Assembly: GCA_024408105.1 (NCBI GenBank)
Contig: JAKSVG010000001.1
Span: 50,854 to 114,853, forward strand
DNA: 64,000 nucleotides
Direction: 5' to 3'
Source: Bacilli bacterium
GTDB taxonomy: Bacteria; Bacillota_I; Bacilli_A; RFN20; CAG-826
Shown here: one piece after another, positions 49,524 to 59,420 of the stretch
Position numbering within the stretch: the stretch's first letter is position 1
How the letters are laid out: the number at the start of each line of letters is the position of its first letter
The notes under the pieces: generated by a model
What the model was told of the DNA's origin: nothing
The model's database searches: none
What the model saw: only the letters and a program-made list of their open reading frames with translations
Program-made: the position numbers and the translations under genes

Positions 49524-49551
49524 CTAAAAATAAAAAGGGATTAATCCCTTC
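49524..49551 (-). terminator. Rho-independent terminator after dnaJ (end of the dnaK operon)
   Basis: AAGGGA-ttaa-TCCCTT followed by TTTTTATTTTT on the minus strand. Confidence 0.6.
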
Positions 49552-49579
49552 TTATCATAATTGTATATTATTATGCGAA

Positions 49580-50716
49580 TTATTTTTTAAATGCCTTAAC
49601 AAATTTATCAAATGCCGTATCGCCTCTTGATTCATTTTTTCTGAATTCTTCAAGAAGTTTCTTTTGTTCCTTAGATAATTTTGTAGGAGTTTTTATTTGC
49701 ATATGTAGATATTGATCACCTGGTGTTCCTCTGCGTAAATCTTTTACCCCACGGCCTTTTAATCTAAGGGTTTGATTTGGCTGTGTTCCAGCAGGAACAT
49801 CAACTTCTACAGTGCCATAAACAGTTGGAACTTCGATTGTCTTACCTAATGAAGCATCAGCAAAGCTGATTGGAACATCGATATGAATATCATTTCCATC
49901 ACGCTTAAATATTTCATGAGGAATAATGACTATCTCTAAATACAAATCTCCATTTTCTCCTCCGTTAACACCGCGTTCGCCTTTGCCTTTAATAACAATT
50001 TGCTGTCCAGCGTTAATGCCAGCAGGAATATTTACTTCTAAATCGCGTTTAATATGTTTATAACCTTTGCCACCACATTCATCGCATTTAGTTTCAATAA
50101 TTTTTCCCGATCCACCACAATGAGGGCACGGAGCTTGACCTTCCATTACGCCAAACAATGTTCTTTGTTGAGTTCTTACATAACCCCTGCCTCCGCAATG
50201 AGGACATGTTTTTATATCATTAGGAGTTTTTGCACCTGTGCCACCACACTTTGAGCATTTTTCATCATAACTGACAGGAACCAATACCTTTTTGCCTAAA
50301 ACAGCATCCATAAATGGGACTCTAATGCGTTGCAACGCATCATCGCCTCTTCTAGGGCCATAACTTTGTCGTTGTTGACGGCCACCACCGAAGAAAGATG
50401 AAAATATATCTCCTAAATCAACTCCGCCAAATCCTTGCGAAGAAAATCCGCCACCAGCAAAAGGATTGCCGTTTCCACCAGTTGATGCGCCTTGCTCAAA
50501 AGCAGCCATGCCGAATTGATCATACATTTGACGCTTCTTATCATCATAAAGAATGTCATAAGCTTCTTGCACTTCTTTAAATTTTTCAGCAGCATCAGGC
50601 TCGTGATTTAAATCTGGGTGATATTTCTTAGCTAATTTTCGATAAGCACTTTTAATTTCATCCTTTGAAGATGATTTGCTAATGCCAAGCACTTCATAGA
50701 AATCTCTTTTAGCCAT
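49580..50716 (-). CDS. dnaJ: Chaperone DnaJ
   Basis: J-domain (HPD), a G/F region and four CxxCxGxG zinc repeats. Confidence 0.93.
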   Translation of the reverse strand: MAKRDFYEVLGISKSSSKDEIKSAYRKLAKKYHPDLNHEPDAAEKFKEVQEAYDILYDDKKRQMYDQFGMAAFEQGASTGGNGNPFAGGGFSSQGFGGVDLGDIFSSFFGGGRQQRQSYGPRRGDDALQRIRVPFMDAVLGKKVLVPVSYDEKCSKCGGTGAKTPNDIKTCPHCGGRGYVRTQQRTLFGVMEGQAPCPHCGGSGKIIETKCDECGGKGYKHIKRDLEVNIPAGINAGQQIVIKGKGERGVNGGENGDLYLEIVIIPHEIFKRDGNDIHIDVPISFADASLGKTIEVPTVYGTVEVDVPAGTQPNQTLRLKGRGVKDLRRGTPGDQYLHMQIKTPTKLSKEQKKLLEEFRKNESRGDTAFDKFVKAFKK

Positions 50717-50790
50717 ATTAGTTCCTTTCTTACTGAGAAAGCGAAGGGTTTCCCCATTCGCTTTCAGAGTATAGTTTTAACTTTTATAAG

Positions 50791-52608
50791 TTAATTTTTC
50801 ATTTTGCTGTCAGCATCAACAACATCATCTGCTGTTTCTTGTCCTTCAGCTTTAGGTGATTCTTGGGCAGATTTGCCTGTTTGGGTTTGCGCCATCATAG
50901 CAGCAGCCTGCTCAAGTTCATTGATTCTATTCTTAAGAGTTTCGATATCATTATTATCTAAAGCAGTCTTAAGTTCATCTCTAAGTTTTTGAGTTTGTTC
51001 TTTTTGAGATGCCTCGATTGAGTCACCTTTTTCTTGCAAAGCTTGATCAATACTATTTATGTATTGTTCGGCTTTGTTTTTGAGTTCAACTTCTTCTTTA
51101 CGTTTTGCGTCTGCTTCAGCATTCGCTTCAGCTTCGTGAACCATGCGGTCAATATCTTCTTTTGATAAACCATTTGAACCAGAAATTGTAATTTCTTGTT
51201 CTTTTTGAGTATCTAAGTCTTTGGCTGTAACCTTAACAATACCATTAACGTCGATATTAAATGTAACCTCAATACGTGGTTCACCACGTCTTGCTGGTTT
51301 AATACCAGTTAATTGGAAGTGACCAAGTAACTTGTTGTCGGCTGCCATTGGGCGTTCACCTTGATAAACCATGATATCAACAGCTGGTTGATTATCTGCT
51401 GCTGTTGAGAATATTTGACTCTTTGTTGTAGGAATTGTTGTATTTCTTTCAATAAGAGGTGTCATCATTCCACCAAGTGTTTCAATACCAAGAGTTAATG
51501 GTGTGACGTCAAGAAGGACGACATCTTTGATGTCACCACTGACAACACCGCCTTGAATTGCAGCACCGATTGAAACTGCTTCGTCAGGATTAACTGATAA
51601 GTTTGGTGTTTTACCTGTAAGTTTCTTTACTAATTCTTGAACTGCAGGCATACGAATTGAACCACCAATGAGAATAACTTGATCTAAATCACTAGCAGAG
51701 AGTTTTGCATCGCTTAATGCTCTCTTAACTGGTTCTTCTGTGCGAGCAAGTAAATGCTTTGTCATATCTTGGAATTTAGCTCTTGATAGAGTTGCTTCGA
51801 AGTTGACTGGACCATTTCCGCTCATTGCAATAAATGGAAGGGAAATTGTTGTTTCAAGTGAACTTGAAAGTTCAATCTTTGCCTTTTCAGCAGCGTCAAT
51901 GAAACGTTGTTGAGCCATTTTATCAGTAATATCAATTCCATGTTGAATCTTAATTTGAGCACGAATCCAATCAGCAACAACCTTATCCCAGTCATCACCA
52001 CCGAGTTTGTTATCACCGGCTGTTGAGACGACTTCGAATGTGCCATCACCAATATCAAGGATAGAGACATCAAATGTACCACCACCAAGATCATAAACAA
52101 GAATCTTTTCAGATTTGTTTGTATCTAAGCCATAGGCTAATGCAGCAGCTGTTGGTTCGTTAATAATACGAACAACATCAAGACCAGCGATTTGACCTGC
52201 ATCTTTTGTTGCTTGTCTTTGAGCGTCATTAAAGTACGCTGGAACTGTAATAACTGCTTTTGCAATCTTTTGTCCTAAATTTTCTTCTGCATATTTTTTC
52301 ATGTATGCGAGAACTTTTGCAGAGATTTCTTGAGGTGTAAAATCTTTATTTAAAGATTTAATAAAGACCTTTTCACTTGATCCCATTTTACGTTTAATTG
52401 ATGAGACAGTGTCTGGGTTTGTGACAGCTTGACGTTTTGCGGCGTTTCCAACGATTTCTTCACCGCCTGCTTTAAATGCGACAACGGATGGTGTAGTCAT
52501 AGTGCCTTCTGGGTTAGGGATGACCTTAACCTTTCCATCAGCTTGTAAATATGAAACAACTGAGTTTGTTGTACCTAAGTCGATACCAAGAATAATTTCT
52601 TTTGCCAT
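50791..52608 (-). CDS. dnaK: Chaperone DnaK (Hsp70)
   Basis: [11 protein letters not shown]-terminus, Hsp70 signatures and an acidic C-terminus. Confidence 0.95.
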   Translation of the reverse strand: MAKEIILGIDLGTTNSVVSYLQADGKVKVIPNPEGTMTTPSVVAFKAGGEEIVGNAAKRQAVTNPDTVSSIKRKMGSSEKVFIKSLNKDFTPQEISAKVLAYMKKYAEENLGQKIAKAVITVPAYFNDAQRQATKDAGQIAGLDVVRIINEPTAAALAYGLDTNKSEKILVYDLGGGTFDVSILDIGDGTFEVVSTAGDNKLGGDDWDKVVADWIRAQIKIQHGIDITDKMAQQRFIDAAEKAKIELSSSLETTISLPFIAMSGNGPVNFEATLSRAKFQDMTKHLLARTEEPVKRALSDAKLSASDLDQVILIGGSIRMPAVQELVKKLTGKTPNLSVNPDEAVSIGAAIQGGVVSGDIKDVVLLDVTPLTLGIETLGGMMTPLIERNTTIPTTKSQIFSTAADNQPAVDIMVYQGERPMAADNKLLGHFQLTGIKPARRGEPRIEVTFNIDVNGIVKVTAKDLDTQKEQEITISGSNGLSKEDIDRMVHEAEANAEADAKRKEEVELKNKAEQYINSIDQALQEKGDSIEASQKEQTQKLRDELKTALDNNDIETLKNRINELEQAAAMMAQTQTGKSAQESPKAEGQETADDVVDADSKMKN

Positions 52609-52624
52609 GTTTATTTCCTCCTAA

Positions 52625-53197
52625 CTAGGCATCCATTTCTGGACTATTATCAATTTTTTTGTCATCAATTTTTTCTTTAACCGAGACGATGACCATCGCG
52701 GGGCGAACAAGATGTTCGTGCAACATATAACCTTTGGTTATAACTTTTGTAATTTTGTCTGGATTTTTTTCATCGACGACTGTTTCGACCGCTTGCATTA
52801 GGCTTGGATTGAACTTGTCATTAATTTTTGGAGAAATTTCCTTAACTCCTTCATTTTCTAGAACCGTAACAAGATTTCTATAAATATATTCAAACCCTGT
52901 TAAGAAATTTTTCATTTCAATGGATGAAGGTTCGTTTTGAAGAGCCATTGAGAATCCATCTAATATAGGAAGTAAGTCTCCAACAAAACCTTCTAATCGA
53001 TATTTCATCGCGTCTCGATGATCAGCTTCAACTCGTTTTCTTAAGTTTTGCATATCAGCATAGGCACGGTAATATTCGTTTTTCCAATGCTCTAAATCAG
53101 CGCTTAATTTCTCTATTTGTTCTTTGGTTTTGTCCACCTTTTTGGTTTCTTTGTTTATTTTCTCTTTCACGCTTATCTTCCTTTCTTTCATCTTCAT
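52625..53197 (-). CDS. grpE: Nucleotide exchange factor GrpE
   Basis: A coiled-coil followed by the GrpE beta-domain. The N-terminal 100 nt overlap the hrcA 3' end in another frame. Confidence 0.85.
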   Translation of the reverse strand: MKMKERKISVKEKINKETKKVDKTKEQIEKLSADLEHWKNEYYRAYADMQNLRKRVEADHRDAMKYRLEGFVGDLLPILDGFSMALQNEPSSIEMKNFLTGFEYIYRNLVTVLENEGVKEISPKINDKFNPSLMQAVETVVDEKNPDKITKVITKGYMLHEHLVRPAMVIVSVKEKIDDKKIDNSPEMDA

Positions 53198-54185
53198 AAT
53201 ATGAATCTAACTGATTAATTAGATATTCAAGTGATGAAACTACTTTGTCGTAGTCCATTCTTTTAGGACCTACAACTGCGATTGACCGCTCTTGCTTACC
53301 TGGCATTTTAACTTTTGCCTGGACGATTGAGACATCTTCATCTCCTAATGCTTCACCGCCAATATGTATCGAGATATTTTCATTATCATTTTCTACTTCT
53401 CTGAATACATCAGGTCTATTAAGAAGTTCCATCAGTTTTTTCATTTTATTCGCGTCATTTGCGAATTCTGGCTGTTCGAACAATTCTTCTTGCCCAAATG
53501 CTGATAGTCTGTCTTTCGCGAATCCGACAAAGGCTTCAAGCATTGCTTTGTAAATCACATCGTGATTTATTACCATATCATTAATTAATGGTCGAATGGC
53601 TTGCATCTTAGGAATGAGTTCTGAGATAGACGTTCCTTTTAATCTGTCATTTAATAGTTTTACGCAATTTTCTACATCATTAAGTTTATTTTTCTCGTCG
53701 ATTACAAATGTCTTATTTTCGACATATCCTTGATCTGTGACGAATACACATGTTGCGCTTGTATCACTAATAGGAACGAGTTGAACCGAGACAAGGTGTT
53801 CATTGTTTGCTCCAGGACCTAAGACAATGCTGGCAAGATTTGTCATTTGCGACAATATTTCGCAAGATTGTTTGATGACATCTTGAATTGACTTAACTTT
53901 TTGATCTAATACTGTCTGCATCTGATATTTAAATTCTTCGTCAATACTTCTGTCACGAAGATTTGCAATGTAGTATCTATATCCTTTGGAAGAAGGAACG
54001 CGTCCGCTTGATATGTGCGTCTTTTCTAGATAACCATCAACTTCCAAGGCATTCATTTCACTACGAATTGTCGCAGATGAATATTCAAGACCATATTCTT
54101 CGATAAGTGTTTTACTGCCAACTGGTTGAGCGCTTTTAATAAAATGTTCAACAATGAGCTTGAGTACTTTATCTCGTCTATTCAT
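53097..54185 (-). CDS. hrcA: Heat-inducible transcription repressor HrcA
   Basis: Winged-helix N-terminus (PVGSKTL). The ATG at 54185 has an AAGGAGG RBS. The ORF-track start at 54206 is GTG and lies inside CIRCE. The C-terminal tail is highly charged. Confidence 0.88.
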   Translation of the reverse strand: MNRRDKVLKLIVEHFIKSAQPVGSKTLIEEYGLEYSSATIRSEMNALEVDGYLEKTHISSGRVPSSKGYRYYIANLRDRSIDEEFKYQMQTVLDQKVKSIQDVIKQSCEILSQMTNLASIVLGPGANNEHLVSVQLVPISDTSATCVFVTDQGYVENKTFVIDEKNKLNDVENCVKLLNDRLKGTSISELIPKMQAIRPLINDMVINHDVIYKAMLEAFVGFAKDRLSAFGQEELFEQPEFANDANKMKKLMELLNRPDVFREVENDNENISIHIGGEALGDEDVSIVQAKVKMPGKQERSIAVVGPKRMDYDKVVSSLEYLINQLDSYYEDERKEDKRERENKQRNQKGGQNQRTNREIKR

Positions 54186-54199
54186 TTTAGCCTCCTTTT

Positions 54200-54226
54200 T
54201 TGGCACTCATATTTTCCGAGTGCTAA
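54200..54226. promoter_or_regulatory. CIRCE operator (HrcA binding site)
   Basis: TTGGCACTC-N9-GAGTGCTAA, which matches the consensus TTAGCACTC-N9-GAGTGCTAA at 17/18. Lies between the promoter and the hrcA RBS. Confidence 0.8.
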
Positions 54227-54230
54227 TCAT

Positions 54231-54258
54231 ATTATAGATTGAATATTGGCACTGTCAA
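54231..54258 (-). promoter_or_regulatory. SigA-type promoter of the hrcA-grpE-dnaK-dnaJ operon
   Basis: On the minus strand: TTGACA (54258-54253), 16-nt spacer, TATAAT (54236-54231). A second imperfect CIRCE-like inverted repeat (54246-54272) overlaps the -35 hexamer. Confidence 0.65.
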
Positions 54259-54280
54259 GCGGTAAGTGCTAAATTTTTTT

Positions 54281-54307
54281 AAATAAAAGAAAAACCGCAA
54301 AGCGGTT
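54281..54307 (-). terminator. Rho-independent terminator after the RDD-family gene
   Basis: AACCGC-ttt-GCGGTT followed by TTTTCTTTTATTT on the minus strand. Confidence 0.65.
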
Positions 54308-54334
54308 AAGAAACAATTTGATAATTAAAATTTG

Positions 54335-54763
54335 TTAAATAGAACGATTTCTCCAGTCAGCAACGAGTGTTTTTGTAACTCTATCAAATATTGATTTTTC
54401 AGTGTGACTAATCATTACATATAATGTGTTTATAATCGCTAAAACAATGAGTCCATTCATTGCCGAGCGAGAAATGCAGTCTCCAAATGTTAATTTGCTA
54501 ACATCATTATGAACTACTCTAAGACCTATTATTAAATTTCCTAAGGTTCTTCCGTTAGATGTTTTTAGCCATATAGAATACATCAACGTATAAATTAACC
54601 AATCGGCAGCAATAAACATTAACACTACAAAAAATGCTGGTATAGTGACAAAATCTCTAAACAAAAATATCGCAGCAACCAATACTCCAGCAGAAATTAT
54701 TAATGCAAAAACAAAGTCTATTACATAGGCCCAGGTTCTTTTCATATAACTTGCGATATTCAT
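54335..54763 (-). CDS. RDD-family membrane protein
   Basis: 142 aa, 3 TM helices and an RDD-like N-terminus. Confidence 0.6.
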   Translation of the reverse strand: MNIASYMKRTWAYVIDFVFALIISAGVLVAAIFLFRDFVTIPAFFVVLMFIAADWLIYTLMYSIWLKTSNGRTLGNLIIGLRVVHNDVSKLTFGDCISRSAMNGLIVLAIINTLYVMISHTEKSIFDRVTKTLVADWRNRSI

Positions 54764-55848
54764 AATAATTCCAATAAGACACGATCGAGGGTAACTATCC
54801 CTTCATCGCTAAGCATTATTCTATCATTATTTATGATAAGAAGGTTATCATTAATTAATTTTGTGATTTTAGAAGAAAATATTTCTGTGAAATCGTGCCC
54901 AAATCTTTCTTTAAAATCTAATCTAGAAAAACCATCTTCTAATCTTAAGTTGCATAGCAAATAGTCTTCAAGAATTTCTTCTTTGCTAAGTTTTTCACTG
55001 GTTCCAATAAAATCGTGTTTCAAATAATTGGTCAGGTTTTTTGTGTTTGTATATCTAACGCCATTGACATAACCGGATGCGCCTAAACCGGCCCCATAGT
55101 ATTCTTCATCTTTCCAGTATGTAAGATTATGTCGTGAAAATTTTCCGTTCTTTGCAAAATTACTAACTTCATAACGCTTAAACCCATGCTTTCTCAATGC
55201 ATTTACGATATGATCGTAATATAAACGCGAATCGTCCTCGTTTTGTTCTTTGATTCCTTTGTTGTAAAAAGCTGTATTTTTAGAAACGATAAGAGAATAA
55301 ATAGAAACATGGTTTGTGTTTAAATTGATTATATTGTTTAAATCATTTTTTAGGTCATCCAAACTTTGGTGAGGAAAACCGTAAATCAAATCAACATTTA
55401 CTTCAAAATATTTTTGTAATTCTATGACGGCGTTAATAGCGTCTTGATATGTATGATGTCTGCCTATTGCTCTTAAAAGAGCATCATTTGTAGATTCCAC
55501 CCCTACAGAGACTCTTGTGACACCATATTTTTTCATCAAAATGATTTTTTCTCCAGAAAGATTTTCAATGTTCGCTTCGACAGTGAATTCTCCTCCTTGT
55601 TCGAGCAATGGAGAAACTTTTTTTAGTAGACTTTCAAATTCATCTAGCGATAATGCTGTCGGGGTACCACCGCCAATATAAATCGTCTTTACATGATCAA
55701 TATTGAATGAATCAATTTCATAGAAAAGAGCCTTTAGATAGGGCTCGGAAAATTTTTTGTTATAGAATAGTTTTGTAAAATCGCAATATTCACATATATG
55801 TGCGCAGAAGGGCACATGGATGTACAAAGAATTAGTCTTTTTTGGCAT
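54760..55848 (-). CDS. hemW: Radical SAM haem chaperone HemW (HemN-like, oxygen-independent coproporphyrinogen oxidase-like)
   Basis: CxxxCxYC near the N-terminus (CAHICEYC) and a HemN C-terminal domain. Lies between lepA and hrcA, as B. subtilis yqeR does. Confidence 0.82.
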   Translation of the reverse strand: MPKKTNSLYIHVPFCAHICEYCDFTKLFYNKKFSEPYLKALFYEIDSFNIDHVKTIYIGGGTPTALSLDEFESLLKKVSPLLEQGGEFTVEANIENLSGEKIILMKKYGVTRVSVGVESTNDALLRAIGRHHTYQDAINAVIELQKYFEVNVDLIYGFPHQSLDDLKNDLNNIINLNTNHVSIYSLIVSKNTAFYNKGIKEQNEDDSRLYYDHIVNALRKHGFKRYEVSNFAKNGKFSRHNLTYWKDEEYYGAGLGASGYVNGVRYTNTKNLTNYLKHDFIGTSEKLSKEEILEDYLLCNLRLEDGFSRLDFKERFGHDFTEIFSSKITKLINDNLLIINNDRIMLSDEGIVTLDRVLLELL

Positions 55849-56098
55849 CGTTTTTAGTTACATCTTTTAATGTGGCTTCTTCCATTTGCTTTTGGATATT
55901 TTCATCCTCGATTGGAACTAAAATACGATCAAGTTCTTGCTTTGCAAGTTCTTCTTCTGAAATATCGTCTTTTTTGATTTGAAGCGATGTAAAATGTTTC
56001 TTAACTAAAATAATGATTAAAATCAATAATCCAAAAAATGCTAAAACAGAGATTAAGATAACACCTGTTAATGCTGGTCCGTCCAATAATAATTTCAT
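55832..56098 (-). CDS. Small single-pass membrane protein
   Basis: 88 aa with an N-terminal TM helix and an acidic/basic tail. Overlaps the hemW start. Confidence 0.45.
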   Translation of the reverse strand: MKLLLDGPALTGVILISVLAFFGLLILIIILVKKHFTSLQIKKDDISEEELAKQELDRILVPIEDENIQKQMEEATLKDVTKNDAKKD

Positions 56099-56118
56099 AA
56101 TTTTTTACCGCCCTTATT

Positions 56119-57495
56119 TTACTCTTTAGTGATTGGTGTGTAAACAAACTTATTTTTTACTTGCTCGCGTCTGTAATAGCCAGCACGCGCTAAATTATCC
56201 ATAGATGTGCGCGCTGTTTCATAAACACATTTTTCACATTGTTTAAATTGTTGAATTGTATAATATTTGCCCATTGTGCAATGCCTCACATAAAAGTGAG
56301 CATGGCTTGGTCTTAATGTAGGATCACTTTCCAACAAATCTTCTGCAGCTCTTTTAAGAGCTTTTTCATCTAACTCTTGGAAAACTTTTACATTTACTTT
56401 TGGTTGATTATTAGCTGGCTGAGCAGGTTTTTTGTTATCAACAACAGGTTTTGTTTCATTGTTTATAGATGGCTGAATATATACTTTTTCATCTTCAACT
56501 TCAGGTTCATCGCTATAAAAAGCTTTTTCAGTTGCGTCTCTAGAAACTGTAACAACTCTATCAAGAACCAAAGATAGAATGTCATCAGTCATTTTAGCTG
56601 ATTCAATAACATAATATGTTAAATCATTATTTTTTTGAGCTTCTTTAGAGCAATTCGATAATAATCCTCTAGTATCAATTAGCAGGATCTCCATAGGAAT
56701 TAATGCTGCCGCATGAATTTTATGATTTTTTTGAATTACTGATTTAATTAAAAGAGCAGTCATCTCTTCATTGTAATTCTCAAAGGGCATAATGTAATTC
56801 ATAGCAAAGCTAATGCCAGCAATTTTTGTCAGAATATCAACATTTGAATCATTCAAAAATACAATCAAATTCTCCATCATCGATTCAATAGCAGATGTTG
56901 GTGCGCCATTATATTCTCGATTTATTAGTACTTTTTGACTAGGAGCGCTTATTTCATTTTCTCTATAAAATGAAGTTAATTCGCCACCCTCGAGTATTTC
57001 TAAAAATTTAGCAATTAATGACTCATCAATAATTAAATTATTAGTTTGTTCTAGCATGGTAAGAGCGGAGTAATATCTCGAAATTGGCTCATATAATAAG
57101 TCACAGCTTCTACCAGCGATAATATTATCTAAAGCTATATCATTTACAATGATGTTTTTAACTTTGGCGATATGTCGTAAACTTTGACGCATCATATCTT
57201 TACGGAAAGTTTCTTTTTCAATAGAGCCGTCCTTTAATGAATCAAACTCAGAAAAGACTTGTTCTATTCTAGAATTTATTTTTTCGCATTTGTTCAATAC
57301 ATTGCTTGTCAATGTTACATAATAAGAGTATTTATTAATATCTTTCAAAGAAAGATAAGACATAAAAGTCTTACGATAATTAATAATTTGAACCCAAATT
57401 GAATCAATTAAATTTGTTCCTAATGATTTCGCAACATCACTTCTAGTTGCGTAAACTTCATCCGTGAAACGAATAGCAAGATTAGAATTAGCCAT
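56119..57495 (-). CDS. Hypothetical protein with a degenerate Fic-like motif (possible pseudo-Fic)
   Basis: 458 aa. The segment MPFENYNEEMTALLI aligns with the Fic core HPFxDGNGRxxRLL, with the catalytic His and the GNGR replaced. GAGAGGT RBS. No terminator separates it from lepA. Confidence 0.4.
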   Translation of the reverse strand: MANSNLAIRFTDEVYATRSDVAKSLGTNLIDSIWVQIINYRKTFMSYLSLKDINKYSYYVTLTSNVLNKCEKINSRIEQVFSEFDSLKDGSIEKETFRKDMMRQSLRHIAKVKNIIVNDIALDNIIAGRSCDLLYEPISRYYSALTMLEQTNNLIIDESLIAKFLEILEGGELTSFYRENEISAPSQKVLINREYNGAPTSAIESMMENLIVFLNDSNVDILTKIAGISFAMNYIMPFENYNEEMTALLIKSVIQKNHKIHAAALIPMEILLIDTRGLLSNCSKEAQKNNDLTYYVIESAKMTDDILSLVLDRVVTVSRDATEKAFYSDEPEVEDEKVYIQPSINNETKPVVDNKKPAQPANNQPKVNVKVFQELDEKALKRAAEDLLESDPTLRPSHAHFYVRHCTMGKYYTIQQFKQCEKCVYETARTSMDNLARAGYYRREQVKNKFVYTPITKE

Positions 57496-57579
57496 AATTA
57501 TTTACCTCTCAACCATTTTACTATAAAGAATTATCTTATACAATAAGAAATATACTAAATTTAAACTAAAAAACAACTA

Positions 57580-59391
57580 TTAATCTTCGTCATCAATAGA
57601 AAGAACACTCATAAAAGCTTCTTGTGGAACTTCAACTGAGCCAATAGCTTTCATGCGCTTCTTTCCTTCTTTTTGCTTTTCAAGCAATTTGCGCTTTCTA
57701 GAAATGTCACCACCATAACATTTAGCAAGAACATCTTTTCTGACCGCTTTAATATCTGCTCTAGCTATGACTTTGCCATTTATGGCAGCTTGTACAGGAA
57801 CTTCAAATTGCTGACGTGGAATAATTTCTTTTAGTTTTCTAACAACTATGCTACCTCTTTCATAGGCTGTTGATCTATGAACGATAATCGATAAAGCGTC
57901 AATTACATCTCCATTTAGGAGAATATCCATTTTTGCTAATGTTCCGCTCTTATATCCACAGTATTCATAGTCGAATGATGCATATCCTTTTGTATAACTT
58001 TTTAATTTGTCAAAGAAATTGTAAACAATTTCAGATAATGGTAACTCATATGTAATCACCATTCTTGTATCATCAAAATATTGGAGATCTTTATAAATAC
58101 CTCTTCTGTTTTGACATAATTCCATAACAGGGCCAACATATTCCTTAGGAGTCATTATATCGGCTTTAACATATGGCTCTTGGATTTCCTTAATTAAAGT
58201 AACATCTGGCAATTTTGACGGATTATCAAGCTCAATCATATCACCTTTGGTGAGATAAACATGATAAATAACACTTGGCGCAGTCAATATTAAATCTAAA
58301 CCGTATTCTCTTTCGAGTCGTTCTTGAACTACATCCATGTGAAGCAAACCTAAAAAGCCACATCTAAATCCAAAACCTAAAGCTTGCGAGGTTTCAGCTT
58401 CGAATACTAAAGATGCATCATTCAAACAAAGCTTTTCTAAGGCATCTTTTAAATCTAAAAACTTCTTACTATCCACAGGATAGAGTCCGCAGTAAACCAT
58501 TGGATTCATTTTTCTATAGCCAGGCAATGCTTGGGAACATGGGTTATTAGCATTAGTCACTGTGTCACCTGGAAACACATCTTTGATGTCTTTTATTTGT
58601 GCTGCAATATATCCAACTTCGCCAGCAGACAATTGAATCTTTTTTAACTCCTTAGGAGTTCTTATGCCGACTTCGGTAACAAGATATTCTTTTCCTGATG
58701 ACATGAGTCTAATTGTATCGCCAACCTTCACAACACCATTCTTAATATTAACCAAAACAACAACTCCACGGTATGAATCATAGAAGGAATCAAAAATTAA
58801 GGCCTGCAAAGGCGCATTAGAGTCGCCTTTTGGCGCTGGTATATATTTGACTATTGCTTCAAGCACATCGCCCACTCCAACGCCTGTTTTTGCACTGACG
58901 TAACAAGCATTATCGCAAGGAATGCCAATTCTTTCTTCAATTTCTTTTACAGCATTTTCCGGCATTGCACTAGGCAAATCAATTTTATTAATAACAGGAA
59001 TAATTTCCAAATTGTTATCAACTGCTAAATAGACATTGGCTAATGTTTGGGCTTCGACTCCTTGAGTCGCATCAACAACTAGCAAACATCCTTCACAGGC
59101 AGCAAGCGACCTACTTACTTCGTAAGAAAAGTCAACATGCCCCGGGGTGTCGATTAAATTAAACACATAATCTTCACCGTTTTGAGCATGATATTTTAAG
59201 GTAACTGCATTTAGTTTAATTGTAATGCCACGTTCTCTCTCTAAATCCATCGAATCAAGAAATTGCTCTTTCATTTCTCTTTTAGAGATTGTTTCAGTTA
59301 ATTCTAAAATTCTATCAGCCAATGTTGATTTTCCATGGTCAATATGAGCAATGATTGAGAAGTTTCTTATATGTGCTTTATCAAAATCCAT
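57580..59391 (-). CDS. lepA: Elongation factor 4 (LepA)
   Basis: N-terminus [13 protein letters not shown] and the LepA-specific C-terminal domain. Confidence 0.93.
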   Translation of the reverse strand: MDFDKAHIRNFSIIAHIDHGKSTLADRILELTETISKREMKEQFLDSMDLERERGITIKLNAVTLKYHAQNGEDYVFNLIDTPGHVDFSYEVSRSLAACEGCLLVVDATQGVEAQTLANVYLAVDNNLEIIPVINKIDLPSAMPENAVKEIEERIGIPCDNACYVSAKTGVGVGDVLEAIVKYIPAPKGDSNAPLQALIFDSFYDSYRGVVVLVNIKNGVVKVGDTIRLMSSGKEYLVTEVGIRTPKELKKIQLSAGEVGYIAAQIKDIKDVFPGDTVTNANNPCSQALPGYRKMNPMVYCGLYPVDSKKFLDLKDALEKLCLNDASLVFEAETSQALGFGFRCGFLGLLHMDVVQERLEREYGLDLILTAPSVIYHVYLTKGDMIELDNPSKLPDVTLIKEIQEPYVKADIMTPKEYVGPVMELCQNRRGIYKDLQYFDDTRMVITYELPLSEIVYNFFDKLKSYTKGYASFDYEYCGYKSGTLAKMDILLNGDVIDALSIIVHRSTAYERGSIVVRKLKEIIPRQQFEVPVQAAINGKVIARADIKAVRKDVLAKCYGGDISRKRKLLEKQKEGKKRMKAIGSVEVPQEAFMSVLSIDDED

Positions 59392-59420
59392 ACTTTAGTA
59401 TTTTATTACAATCCTAATTT

